Position numbers and translations under genes: made by a program | Assembly (NCBI GenBank): GCA_964016885.1 | Contig: OZ024741.1 | Coordinates: forward strand, 308,636,001 to 308,700,000 | Direction of reading: 5' to 3' | Source: Eledone cirrhosa | Lineage: Eukaryota | DNA: 64,000 nt | The notes under the pieces: generated by a model | What the model was told of the DNA's origin: nothing | Databases searched by the model: none | Seen by the model: the letters and a program-made list of their open reading frames with translations, nothing else | Part shown: one piece after another, positions 45,363 through 59,451 of the stretch | How positions within the stretch are numbered: position 1 is the stretch's first letter | Layout: every line of letters begins with the position of its first letter

Positions 45363-45961
45363 GTGTGTGTATTTGATAGCAAACAATCATATATTTTACA
45401 CCCACTTTACTCTACGAACCACCATATTTCTTCACACAAGAAAAGCTAAATAAAAACAACAAAAAATAAAAATAATATAACGACAGAAACAGGAGAAAGT
45501 TGTTTTGATTTGAAATTGTTCGTAATTCAATAATAGTTGATCATATTTTTTTCATTCTTTTCTTCCTTTCAATTTTACTTCTTTCTTTCTTTCCTTCCAT
45601 TTACACCTTTCTTTTTAATAATACTTTCCTTTCAATGTTAGCTTAGTTGTTTTGATGTATACAAAAATAACAACAAAATTAACTAAAAATCCCTTCACCC
45701 TCTTCCTCAGCCAGGCAACCCTACGCCACCCTTTCCCTAATGTTTACTTCCTCAATCTTGACGCGTTTACACAATTAATCTGATGTGTTTACACAATAAT
45801 AAGCTAGTGTGTTTATTTAATCACCCGCCGACATGTTTATTTCGATAATCTCGTATGTTTACTCTTAAATCCGCAGTCGTTCTTTGATGTTCTTCATGAC
45901 TGCTACCCAAACGACGCTTCATGCGCCTCTAACCTACTCATCTTTACGTGTGCGCATGCGT

Positions 45962-46035
<74 letters not shown>

Positions 46036-46272
46036 CTGAGTATGTGTGAACTGTGTTTGTATGTTGCGTATATGCGTATGTGGTGTGTGCTGCGTTTATA
46101 CATACGTGGACGCGTGTATGTGTACGTAGTATGTGGTGTGTGCTGCGTTTATGAATATGTGGTTTGTATGTTTAAGTATACGCATGTGACTGTGGAAGTA
46201 TGTGTGTGTGCGTACCTGTATCTGTATGAATGTACCTGGATATGAGTTCGCATATACATACATACATACATA

Positions 46273-46332
<60 letters not shown>

Positions 46333-47094
46333 TGTGTGTGCACACATACATATGAATATACGTCTGTGTGTGAATATACATACTTACATGTATAAATGTT
46401 TTATGTGCATATTCACTCAGCAATAATATCCGCCATGGTTCATATTCTCTACCACCGCCACCACCTACACCACCAACAATAACACCCCAACCCTACCACC
46501 ATCAACCCCTAGAAAATCCACCTCACCTACATTTTATCACCCTCTAAATCTATAACCCCCCACCACAACGTGTGCAGTCAGTCGGCTTTTTATTGTCTTT
46601 GGTGGTTGAGACCATAAAAATATTCTCTTTAATCTGAACGGAGCTGAGATGCTGACGACGACAACAGCAACAACAACAATGTTTTCAGATGACAAGAAAT
46701 CTATATATTGCATTTCCAGCTCATAAAGGGTTTTCATATATATAAATATATATATATATATGTGTGTGTGTGTCTGTGTCTGTGTGTGTGTGTACGCATA
46801 TTTGTATGTGTATATGTATGCATACATGCACATATATATATACCTACGCACACACACATATATATATATATACATACACATAGACACACACACATATATA
46901 TACATACATTCATATATCTAGCTGGTGCGTGTGGTGTGTGTCTAGACAGTGTTAGCATACATATATCATCTATCTCTCCTAGTATATATGTTTAATCTGT
47001 ACTAATAGTTTACAGACTCTAAACTGTTTACTACATGTTTAATTGATGATATACGAACGAGCGAGCATCATAAAACGCACACATATACACACAA

Positions 47095-47127
<33 letters not shown>

Positions 47128-47218
47128 TGTATGTATGTATTCTTTATTAAGGCTGTCTTTGAATCTTGTTACTTTGGATTTTCTCCTGTGTACTCACACG
47201 GTCACCAGATTAAGCGTC

Positions 47219-47293
<75 letters not shown>

Positions 47294-47824
47294 ATACACA
47301 TGTACACTCACACACGCGCACACACATATATATATGTGTGTGTATGTGTGTCTACGCTGGCAAGCAATGAAAAACTGTGTTTAATGGAGAAAGAGTAAGA
47401 CTTACATATACATCTTGTGTTATTTTATTTTATATATTTATTTATTTATTCGGCTTGTGATATAGTTATAGGGACTGATCTTAGTTTTGTTGTCGTTGTC
47501 TTGCTTTTGTTTATTAACTTCATATCTTTAATCTATCATGTGTAATATGGACTGTATGCTATATATTGTGATGTGTTTAGCTTGGGAAATAGACTATATA
47601 CTATATATTGTGATGTTTAGCTTATGAAATAGACTATATACGATATATTGTGATGTGTTTAGCTTGTAAAATGGACTATATGCTGTGTTGTTACGGTGTG
47701 TTTAAGTTGTGATGTCACTCAGATCATTTTAATCTGTCTTGTGCTTGAAGACTATATATTTACACCCGTCTCTTAGTTTATCGATCTGTGTACCTCTCTC
47801 TCTCTCTCTGCCATTTTCCAACAG

Positions 47825-47878
47825 AGGCTGACGAACGATGCAACAATAACAGCTTACATTGGGAAACTCCGAGTACTT
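47825..47878 (+). ncRNA. Candidate type I hammerhead ribozyme
   Basis: AGG-CUGACGA-aCGAUG..CAUUGg-GAAA-CUCCGAG-UA-CUU; short stem I; lies between (CT)n and (TA)n. Confidence 0.5.
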
Positions 47879-47893
47879 AAGAAGGTGTTTAAC

Positions 47894-47984
<91 letters not shown>

Positions 47985-48289
47985 AAAGAGATACAGATAG
48001 ACAGAACCATTCAGGGATGTGCATAGACACAATTTCTAGCTAAAAAGTTAATTACCAGACACAATTCAAGAAGTTAATTAGAAATAAACAATTTAACAAG
48101 AGCACATGATATTCCAGTAATTAGCTGGAGAAAATATATTTAAAGACTTCATATTACACAGGCTTTTGTTCTTCCTCATAGTCTCTGTCTGTCTGTTCTT
48201 CTCCCCCCCCCCCATTACCCCTCTGTATTCCCCCACCTCTACCATCTTACACTACCCATGTTAATCTGCTCATTTATCCTCATCCACAA

Positions 48290-48780
48290 CTCTCGGGTCT
48301 CGAATAATCACCCACCCACTGCGCTTATTAAATTTTGCTAATCTATTTCCTGCGAAAATTAATTTTCTTTATACATTAACCCTTTACCATTTACATTACT
48401 CTATATATACTACTGTATTTTTGTGGTAAAGGCTTTACCTTACATAATTATCTCACATAATATCGAATCTATGAGATTTTGATGTTATTTATTTTGAGAA
48501 CAATACCTTAACGTCAGTATGAGTGGCCAGTTATGGCCGGTTTGAACAGAACGAGGTGAGAGAACTCTGGCCGGATACGGCCGGTTTAAATGCTAATTGG
48601 TTCAACATTATACGTGACAAAAAAAAGTACATTACTAGAAATCCCATACTTTATCAAATAAATAAGATGGGCTGAGCTCTTAATATATAAACTAAACGAC
48701 TAATTCTGTAATCTAAAAATTACCGATTTTCCAACCCCCTCGCTTATTCCACCCCTCCCCAATTATTTGGAACCTGAGAG
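48290..48780. mobile_element. MITE with a nested piggyBac-type MITE (48380-48600)
   Basis: Collinear with 14975-15285 except for an insertion at the TTAA that is empty at 15091-15094. Confidence 0.75.
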
Positions 48781-48794
48781 CACCTCTTTCGATG

Positions 48795-49125
48795 AAGGCG
48801 TATGATTTAGTGGTTAGGGTGTACTGCTCACGATAGTCAAGTCGTGGCTCTCATTTCCAGCAGTGCGCTGTGTCCTTGATCAAGAAGACACTTTATTTCA
48901 CTTTACTTCCAGTCAATCCGCTCAACTCGGCAAAAACTGAGTTGTACCTAAAATTTAAAGAAGAGGTGGTGATGGGGCAACTTTGTCACCCTAAATCACC
49001 CTGAGAACTGCATTAAGGGTACACGTGTCTGTGAAATGCTCAGCCCACTTGCCCATTAATTTCACAAACAGAATGTTTACTTGCTCGAATCAACTGGAAT
49101 ACTCTTCGTCGGAAGCTACGAAGGC
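48795..49125 (+). mobile_element. SINE family B
   Basis: tRNA-like head, GTGTCCTTGA..AAGACACTTTATTTCAC core, CCCTGAGAACT.CATTAAGGGTACACGTGTCTGT 3' region. Confidence 0.8.
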
Positions 49126-50143
49126 TTAACACTCTGTATTAACTGTTCCTGTCTTTCTAACTTCCACTCTATCTATCACCGTTTCCAGCCAACCACCCGC
49201 CCTACTATCTCTGTCTATCAGTTACTGTCCTCCCACTACCTCCGTCTCTGCACCCTCCCACTACCGCCGTCTCAACACCCTCCCACTACCTCCGTCTCAA
49301 CACCCTCCCACTACCTCCGTCTCTGCACCCTCCCACTACCTCCGTCTCTACATCCTCCCACTACCCCTGTCTGTCCGTCTGCGTTAGAATATTGCCAATA
49401 GATATTATTAGAATGGTAATCATAACTTTAGGTAAACAATAATCACTAATGATAATGACAATTGTATACATACACGCAGACACGTATACGTACACACATA
49501 CATACATGTATGTATATATACATACATACATACACATATACATATTAACGTTCAATAACATATATGTGTGTGTGTGTGTGTGTATTACTTCCTGCTACCT
49601 TTTTCTTTATCTTCATTCCCAAGAGTGAACCTAATAAAACTTTGAACCTAATCAGACTTTGTGTTTTATCATCTCTGTTTGTCTTATTTATTCTTCAACT
49701 ATATATCAATGGATTCCAGGGCCTTCTCTCTCCTGCTATAGGAACCTGCCGCGGGTTGATTTCCACCGCTTTCTGTTTGGTGTTGACCATGGCAGGGTTG
49801 TAACCCTACTCACCACTCTTGGTTAATTGCCAAGGTCAAGTCAGCCTTCTGTCTGATACTGGTAACATGTAACCCAGTACAGCCTGCTTCATAGTCGAAT
49901 AGTCGGCGACTAAACTGCCCTCCCCCATTATATATATGGTATGGGTATATATTAATATTTTTGATACTTTTTTTTTAAATTGATTTGGTTGATAATTTAT
50001 TGATTATTAAATCTAAATGAGTTTGCTCTGAATTTGTATTTAGTTCACTTAAGACAAAACTTTGTGTGGGTAGTTCAACATCAGTTCACTTTCTCACATC
50101 AACTCTTGTTGAACACTCATACGTCGGATATCGACGGGAGAGT

Positions 50144-50186
<43 letters not shown>

Positions 50187-50227
50187 CCACTCCACCCGCC
50201 TCCTCAATCTATCTTATTTCTCTTCTT

Positions 50228-50263
50228 TCTTCTGATGAAAGACTAGCGTCCGAAACGTTAAGA
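50228..50263 (+). ncRNA. Minimal type I hammerhead ribozyme
   Basis: UCUU-CUGAUGA-A-aGAC UAGC GUCc-GAA-ACGU (palindrome)-U-AAGA; element ~50185-50345 between microsatellites; degenerate relative on the minus strand at 53167-53200. Confidence 0.7.
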
Positions 50264-50356
50264 CCCTCTTCCTGTTATATCAAGCGTTAACCTAATATAT
50301 ACCTTCCATATACTGTAACAATTGTGCTGTTATTTCTGTTTACTTTTTACATACAT

Positions 50357-50455
<99 letters not shown>

Positions 50456-50709
50456 GAGCATTTGAAGTTTTTCCAAATTGAAGGATGAGTTTTTAAACTT
50501 TATGTTATCATGAGTTAAGGCTCTATTGATTTTTGCCTGGATTTCACTAAATTCTGTGGATGAATCTATATCCTGATTCTCTTTGAGTTGAGTTTGAATT
50601 ATTTTTCCCACATCTTACGTTAACTATTTTTCCCATTTTGACGCTATAGTCACTTATATATTATGGAATACTGTTGGCTTCTTGCTACAATGTTTTCTAT
50701 ACCTTTCAT

Positions 50710-50800
<91 letters not shown>

Positions 50801-51434
50801 GTGTGACATATATAGGCAGACAGATTACACACACACACATATATTCATACATTTCTTCCTAAAGATATGTTTCTTTTATTTGCCACCAGGGCATCAAAAG
50901 TGGGACAAGTACATCCTAAAGATAGATACATAATCTGACAGTCTACAATACCATCTCTTTATCTCCCCCTACCACCCTCGACCATCCACACATCTATCTA
51001 TCCATATATCCACCCATACATCCATCCGTCCGTCCAGCAGCCGTCCATCTGCTACCCTTCCTCTAGAAGTTGTTACTGGTGGGAGAATGATACACGCCAC
51101 TACCCGCACCCCATCACCACCATCACCGGCACCACCATCAACAACATCACTCACCTCAGCCCCATTTGTCGTGATAATCAGAGGACAATTATTACATTAG
51201 ACTGTAATCCTCTTAAGATTAAGATTAAGAAGAGAAGAGACAGCAAACATGAGACATCTGAACAGAGATGTAGAGATTCACTGAACTTCAAGAAAGAAAG
51301 ACTTCCATTGCTAGGCTTAAAGCACAGGTAACAAGTAGAGCTCCTTGGAAATTAAAGGCTATCAAAGAGATTTGTTAGAGTAGAGCATGATACATACATA
51401 TATATATATAATATACATACATATATATATATAT

Positions 51435-51507
<73 letters not shown>

Positions 51508-52567
51508 CATGTTCATGCATACACCACCACAGATACATATATATATACACACATACATGTATATATATACAGACACACACGTCCATACATATACCGATAC
51601 ACAGATACATACATACATTCATTCATACATACATACATACATACATACATACACACATGGTGTTTGTGGTGGTGGTGATTACTTGGCAGCTGTAGGTGTG
51701 CATGTATGTATGTATGTATGTATGTATGTACGTGTGTACGTATGTATGTACGTATGTATGTATGTGTGTGTGTGTATGTATGTGTGTGTGTGTTTAATTC
51801 AGAAGATTTGTGTTCACGTTGTCCGTGTGTTATAATGGATTTAAAAGTATCTATATACATGCCAACCTCTACAGTGTTGGCGCCATGATAACAAAAATGT
51901 ACCCAGTACACTCTGTAAAGAGGTCGTCGTTACGAAGGTCCCTCAGCTGTAGAGACCATGACAAAACAATAGAAAATAGATGTGCGAAACACATCATCAC
52001 AACCACCACAAGGTCTATATAGGAGAATAGTAATTCCGATTACGTAGGAACCGGGTTTGTAATGATCCGTCCAACCCATGCCAGTAAGGAAAACAAACGA
52101 AAACTGATGAAAACGACGATGCGGTGAAGGATAATGATGATATTATTTTTTTTTATCAGAAAAGAAAAGACAACCAAATCTACTGTGTAGTTTAATGATG
52201 TCAACCGAATGAAACAATGCTAGTCCTGTAGAAATAATTTCCATTTGAAATAAAATGTGTATTCCCTCTACTTAACTGTACTTAATGTATTGAGTACCTT
52301 ATATAGCTGGTCTTTTTCTGTTCCGTTACGGAAAACTACACCCCCTCCTCTCTACATACACATATATCTACCTACGTACTGACATCTGCGTATAAGTATA
52401 CATTGTCGTGTAAAATGTATACATATATAAATTATTGTTTGTATGCATATATATATATGTATATAAGGCTAAATAGTGAGGTTCACTATTTAACCTTAAT
52501 AAAATGAATATTTAAACTCTACTTCGGTATTGAGTACTCTTTTCTCTCAGGCGTCAACCACATACTG

Positions 52568-52617
<50 letters not shown>

Positions 52618-52757
52618 GGCTGAGTGTTTAGAAATCGTAGAAATGCTGGCAAGCGCTCAATAATTAAAAAACTAGAGCTAAACAATAAGTTAAAACGCCA
52701 TACGAACTGAAAAAGTGGTTTTATATATATATATATGGTTTTATATATATATATATG

Positions 52758-52924
<167 letters not shown>

Positions 52925-52938
52925 ATATAAAACCATAT

Positions 52939-52988
<50 letters not shown>

Positions 52989-53485
52989 ATATATATTATA
53001 TATATATATTATATATATATATTATATATATATTATTATATATATTATATATATATTATATATATATTATATATATCAAGGGAACAAGAAACCATCAAAC
53101 AAGAGGATGCATTGACATAAATTCGTATTAGTTTCACGCTTAAAAGAAAGAGAGTGAGTTACATAGCCAACGTATCGAGCATTTATGCCATTCATCAGGA
53201 AAATCACAAAGGGAAAAGCGCAAAAGAATTTTTTTTAATTTATATATATATGTTTACATTGTTGTTTATAATGTATACTTATGTATACATTATAAGTAAC
53301 AATGTATACATAAGTATATTTTGACACTTCTAAGGGTAATAAAAGTATGTTGTTGTGTGTGTGTGTTAAATAATTATGTAGATGGATCTCTGGAACGACC
53401 TGTTCGTTAAATAATGAGTATTTCTTTAGAGTAGCTCTCAGGGAGATTCAGTGTGATACAGTGCATGATAAAGCTAGAGTGTAAG

Positions 53486-53636
53486 GGCGGTGGATTGGCA
53501 GTATCGGTAGAGAGTCGGACGCAATGCTTTGATGCATAGAGTTACGGCCCTTGCCATTCTGAGTTCAAATCCCGCCGAGGTTAACTTTGCCTTTCATCCT
53601 TACGGGGTCGATAAAATAAAGTACCAGTAATGCACA
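53486..53636 (+). mobile_element. SINE family A inserted among minus-strand family B remnants
   Basis: Family A head and core flanked by AGTGTAAG on both sides. Confidence 0.75.
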
Positions 53637-54197
53637 ATTATAGTGTAAGTGGCTAAGTATTCTACAGACACGTGGAGCCTTCATGTAATTCTCGGAATGA
53701 TTCCAAGGGATGGAATTTGAGACAAGTCTGAGCCTTTGAGTTACATGTGCAGTCCATCTGACCGGTTTCTGAACAGTATTCGTATACCCGATCTCACAAG
53801 GTTCGGGTCGACTCGAGGCTATGGTAAAATACACTATCCCGGATACTAATTAAAAAGCAAACATACAACATTGAAACTACATCGACATATACAAACACAC
53901 TAACACAAACATACGAAAGATGCGTTGTTCGATTCCACGCAGATATCTCTGTCCATATTTTACCAACTACGTTGGAACGATTACATTTTGAGATTTCCCA
54001 TTGTTTCGCAAGTCAACCAGATATTTATTTCTACCTAAATCAACAAAGGTAACCCGTTCGGAATCGACAGATGTGTTCCATTGACTTCCATTTTACTATA
54101 TTATTGACACTTGGCAATTGTCACTGACCTTCTAGTATACTTTATCTAGTTGAAAAAATAGATTTATAACCTTTTTTTACATCACTTTTAGTCAGAT

Positions 54198-54270
54198 GGT
54201 TTCGTGGTGTAGTGGTTATCACGTCTGTTTCACACGCAGAAGGTCGTGAGTTCGAGCCTCGCCGAAACCT
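54198..54270 (+). tRNA. trnV: tRNA-Val(CAC)
   Basis: Cloverleaf: acceptor GGTTTCG/CGAAACC, D arm GTG..CAC, anticodon stem TCTGT/GCAGA with loop TT-CAC-AC, T arm GTGAG-TTCGAGC-CTCGC; T7 Pol III terminator 4 nt downstream. Confidence 0.9.
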
Positions 54271-54726
54271 GACTTTTTTTCTTCTTTTCTTTGGGGGAAG
54301 GGTGGGGTCAGTGAGAATTATCGGAGTCTTTGTAGCGCAGTTCCCAACGTTCTCATTTCAAATCCCTCCGACGTTGACTTTAGCGTTCTTGCTGTCGAAA
54401 AATGAAGTCCATTACTGGTCTCATTCTTTCACGTCAATGTTACGGCACACAACGGGATTTCAACCTAGAACGTAAAAGCATTTTGTCTGAGGCTCTTCTG
54501 AACATAGGTATAAGTTCTATGATTTAGCAGGTGGGCGAGAGAGGTCCTATAATGGTTCCAGGCAAAAATAAGTCTGAGAATCACTGTTGTAACATATTTT
54601 CTACAATGACATCTTGGATAGCAAAGCTATAAGATGGAGTAGGTTTCAAAGTCTACTCTCTCCTTTCAGATAAACACGGAACAAAAGTACATACAGTCAT
54701 AGATATGATTTTGAAAGGTGTGTGTA

Positions 54727-54793
<67 letters not shown>

Positions 54794-54947
54794 TTATACA
54801 CACACACACAATATATATATATATAGTAATAATAATAAATTTGAAGACTAAAATCCAAAGAGGGCTCGATAAGGATAAATATATATCAAATATCCCGTTA
54901 AGGGTGAAAGCAGCGATTCTTGATTAAACTTTAATCTGTTATTTTAA

Positions 54948-54986
<39 letters not shown>

Positions 54987-55381
54987 AGAGAGAGAGAGGG
55001 GGGAAACAGGAAAGGAAATAAAAGTTAACAGAGGTGGTGGGAGTAAAGGGATTACCTCATCACTACAACTACTACCACCACCATCAGCGCCACTACTACT
55101 ACTACCACCACCCCTATCAGTGCCACTACTACTACTACCACCACCACCATCAGTGCCACTACTACTACTACCGCCGCCAACACCACTACAATCACAAACA
55201 AGGATGTCAATTGATAAATTTAAGACATGACATAATTGCTATAAATAAATATAACAAACAATTCTGTGATTCCTCAAAAGTAATCTTACTCTGGAGTTTC
55301 CCCTGCATGCTACAGTTTCCTCAGGCAACTAAAGACTGTACAATGTATATAGATAGATAGAAAGATATGACTGCATGTGTA

Positions 55382-55693
55382 AAGGTGCGTAGCTAGTGAT
55401 TAAGGTATTGGTTCAAGATCGTAAGCTTCAGTTCGATTCCTGGCGGCGCAGTGTGTCCTTGATGAAAATGACACTTTATTTCCCATTGCTCCAGTCTATT
55501 CAGCTGGCAAAAAGTGAGTTGTCCTGTAGTTCAAAGGACCAACTTGTTATGCTGAATCTCCCTGAGAATCCCGTTAAGTGTACACGTGTTTGTAGAATAC
55601 TCAGCCACTTGCACATTAATTTCACGAGCAGAATGTTCTGTTGATTGAACCAACTGGAACATTCGTCGTCGAAACTAACGGAAGTCCAACAAC
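55382..55693 (+). mobile_element. SINE family B, full length
   Basis: Head, core and 3' region collinear with 48795-49125 and 58185-58470. Confidence 0.8.
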
Positions 55694-57483
55694 GATTTGT
55701 GTCTGTGTGTGTCTGTGCATATGAGTTAATGTATGTGTGAGTGGTGATTAAACGTAAAGGGACGTAACTGGGTAGGCAAAGCAAATCTATATAAAAAAAA
55801 ATTACTCTTTCTCGCCCCATAGCTCCAACAGAATTTTTTTTTTTCAATAAAAAAATTTCTTTCGCGTAAACATTTGAACAAATAATTAAAACAACACAAA
55901 AAAAATCAATTAAATAAATCAATAAATATATAAGCAAAACAATACAATAGAGAAAGATTAGTTGAACAAATTCTTGGACTTTAGACATGTAAAATAACGA
56001 ATAAAAAACTAAAAAATAAACACAAAAAAAAAAAAAAATTCTTTCTGTTCCTGAGAGAATATTCGAGAATATTAAAATTATCGGTATTAAGAGAGTATAG
56101 AATAGAATGAAATGGTCCTTCGTCGGTTTTGACATTGACTACTACTTTAAGAAGATTTTCCCCCACTTTAAATAAATACAATTAGCATATTTCCCGTCGT
56201 TGAAGACGCTTCGCCCTCAAGGATGCACCCCAATTTTGACAACCAAAAATTTGATAAACATAAAAATAAGGTCGCGGCACTTCCGGTCTTGTTACCTAAT
56301 TTTTTAAATAATATTTTGTTTATTTACTACTTTAACTAAGTGTAATTTATGCACTTCATTGAGAGGTCATATACAGGAGTTCAGATCACTGACTAACATA
56401 CATAATTTTCCTCTGAGGTTAGAATATGCCTATGAAAAACGCAACCTTCGGACTCCATGATAAATGGTAGATTTTCGAGACTTACTTTAGGCTTCGACGC
56501 CGGGAAATACGGTAAATAAATATGCTAGGAACCTCACAAATATAATGAAGAATAATGTCTGATCAAAGCGTCTTAGGGATAGACGGGTGTACTGGTTCTC
56601 ACCTGACTCCGAGACATTTTTCAGTCACAACCCGGTAACTGCTTCTGCCGACAAGCTAAACTTAGTGGGGGACTAGACGTTTGGAGAGGAGATATGCAAT
56701 GTCAAGCATTCTAATCACTGAATGCCATGATGGACACACAGCCAAACGTCCAGAGTAGTATCCCAGCGACTGGCTGCACCAGTTGCGGAAACAAACTAAA
56801 TTTCGATTGGCTATTGCGACTATACCGGTCTATGCATGTCACATTTCCAACCCAATATTCGCAGAGAAGAGCCAAACAAGTCACCACCAGCACATTCTAT
56901 TATGTAATCTGCTGTTTTGTCTAAGTGTAATCCCGTTTTCACACCTTTATTACTAACTTGAATTTTACTAGCTTTCCTAAAATAATTTTCTTCAGGTATG
57001 ACTGTGTGGTTAAGGTATTTGAGCCCGTAAATGTTCAATGTGAACCTCCTTAACCATTCGGCCACAGTGAAACCGAATGAAACGCTTGTATTAAATAATG
57101 TGTTTTGGACTATCCACGATTCTGACTACGACGAGTATTCCAGTTGTTAAAAAAAAAAAAAACCGGAACAGTTTGCTTATTCCAGATTGTTGACCAGTAG
57201 TCAACAGTCAGGAACTAGCTGTCGAAACGGCAAGAGCTGTTGGGCCATGAATATAGTCACACTCTACTATCCTAAGTATCGAGTACTCTGTTGAATAATT
57301 GTCTAACTACTTTAATACTGGTTTAATTCATATATATGTAGAGAGAGATTGCAAACGTCCAGTTACTGTGAACACTCAATGCGTAGTTTCCACTAAGTAT
57401 AGAAGTGTAGTACTAAGCAGAGTGTAATAATATATATATATACATATATATACATATATATATATATATACATATATATATAC

Positions 57484-57546
<63 letters not shown>

Positions 57547-57799
57547 CATACATATATATACATATATATATATATGCACACATATATATACATATATATA
57601 TATATACACACATATATATATACATATATTTACATATATATTTACATATATATATATACACATATATATATACACATATATATACATAAATATATATACA
57701 TATATATATATACACATATATATATACACATATATATACATAAATATATATACATATATATATATACACATATATATATACACATATATATACATATAC

Positions 57800-57833
<34 letters not shown>

Positions 57834-58184
57834 ATGTGTGTTTATCTTCAGTCGAAACCGACGGAAGATCCATTAACACGTTCACATATCTACATACAGA
57901 GAGATATGCATACAAAGATCAACACACACAGTTGTATACAAATAATACCTACATGAGTACATATCTATCTATATAGAGCTATATAAAGAACAAAAACTGT
58001 ACAACGTAAAAATCTACTTTTCAATGTAAACTACACATATGTTTTCAACTTTGAACTCTAAAACTATATTTTACAGCCGTCAGCAAGATATAATTAAAAA
58101 TACTACCAGAATTAAGGTAGATCGATAAAGTCAGTGTTATAGGAATTATTGAATTATCTCTGCCAAATAATCATAGACTTCGTG

Positions 58185-58470
58185 AAAGCGTGTGGCTTAC
58201 TGTTTAAGGTATTTAGCTCACGATCATAAAGTCGTGAGTTTGATTACGGGAGTCGTGTTCTGTCCTTGAGCAAGACACTTTATTTCACGTTGCTCTAGTC
58301 CACATAGTTGATGAAAACTAGTTGCACCTATAATTCTAAGAGCCGCCACGCTGAATCTCGTTCTGAATTACGTTAAGTGCATACATGTTTGTAGATGCTC
58401 AGCCACTTGTATTTTAATTTCCATTGATAAAACAAGTGGAATACTCATCGTCAGAACCGCTGAAGGTCCT
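58185..58470 (+). mobile_element. SINE family B
   Basis: TGTCCTTGAGCAAGACACTTTATTTCACGTTGCTC core and GCTCAGCCACTTG 3' block. Confidence 0.8.
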
Positions 58471-58647
58471 ACATCGTGGTGGGTGTGTGTGTGTGTGTCC
58501 AACAATATACAAACCGAAAAAGCTACATTAGTTAAGAGAACAAGAGTTAAGAAGCCATAACATAACCCTCTTCCCCCAACATTCTACTTGAGCCAAGCCT
58601 TCAGGCTAGACAAAACATATGTCATTCAAACCGAATGAAGAGAACGG

Positions 58648-58687
<40 letters not shown>

Positions 58688-58751
58688 GAATACATGAATG
58701 AAGGCAGATGAACTGGACAGATGGGAATTAGAAGATAAAAATGTGTATGTG

Positions 58752-58826
<75 letters not shown>

Positions 58827-59001
58827 ACTTAAATACAAGCACATAGCTACACATACATATATATATATATATATACTTAAATACAAGCACATAGCTATAC
58901 ATACATATATACATATACTTAAATACAAGCACATAGCTATACATACATATATACACACACATATATAATATATATATACTAAAATACTGCCACATAGAAA
59001 T

Positions 59002-59032
<31 letters not shown>

Positions 59033-59239
59033 ATAGTAATAAACGAAAGATATAAACTTTATATCATCTCTATTTATTTCATTATATATCCCGAAGATGC
59101 AAAGTTTTATGTATAACATAAAGCAAAACATGTCCTCCTGAGGCAAAATACATATGAGATGTATAATTTTTTCTTCATGATATGCTGCTAGACAAACGAG
59201 CTGGAGGGATCGGTGACCACCAGGCATATATATATATAT

Positions 59240-59431
59240 GGAAAAATATATGACCCCGACGGCAGAGCTCAAGCCGTTTCGACGGCTATTTCAGTCCAGA
59301 AATAGCCGTCAAAACGGCTTGAGCTCTGCCGTCGGTGTCATACATTTTCCTATTACCCACTCTACAACCCTAAGTATTGAGTACTCTGGTGCGTTATGGT
59401 CCATCTGGTTCCTTACCACACCTCCTTCGTT
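59240..59431 (+). mobile_element. Fold-back pLTR-like element truncated inside the hammerhead
   Basis: Inverted arms 59240-59292 / 59299-59350 carrying GTCGAAACGGCTT; 3' hairpin at 59359-59382; relatives at 57180-57330 and 60955-61018. Confidence 0.75.
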
Positions 59432-59451
59432 ATATATATATATATATATAT

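Noticed and set aside
59088-59136. CCGAAGA...AAAACATGTC hammerhead
   Set aside because: Two core mutations and no stem I
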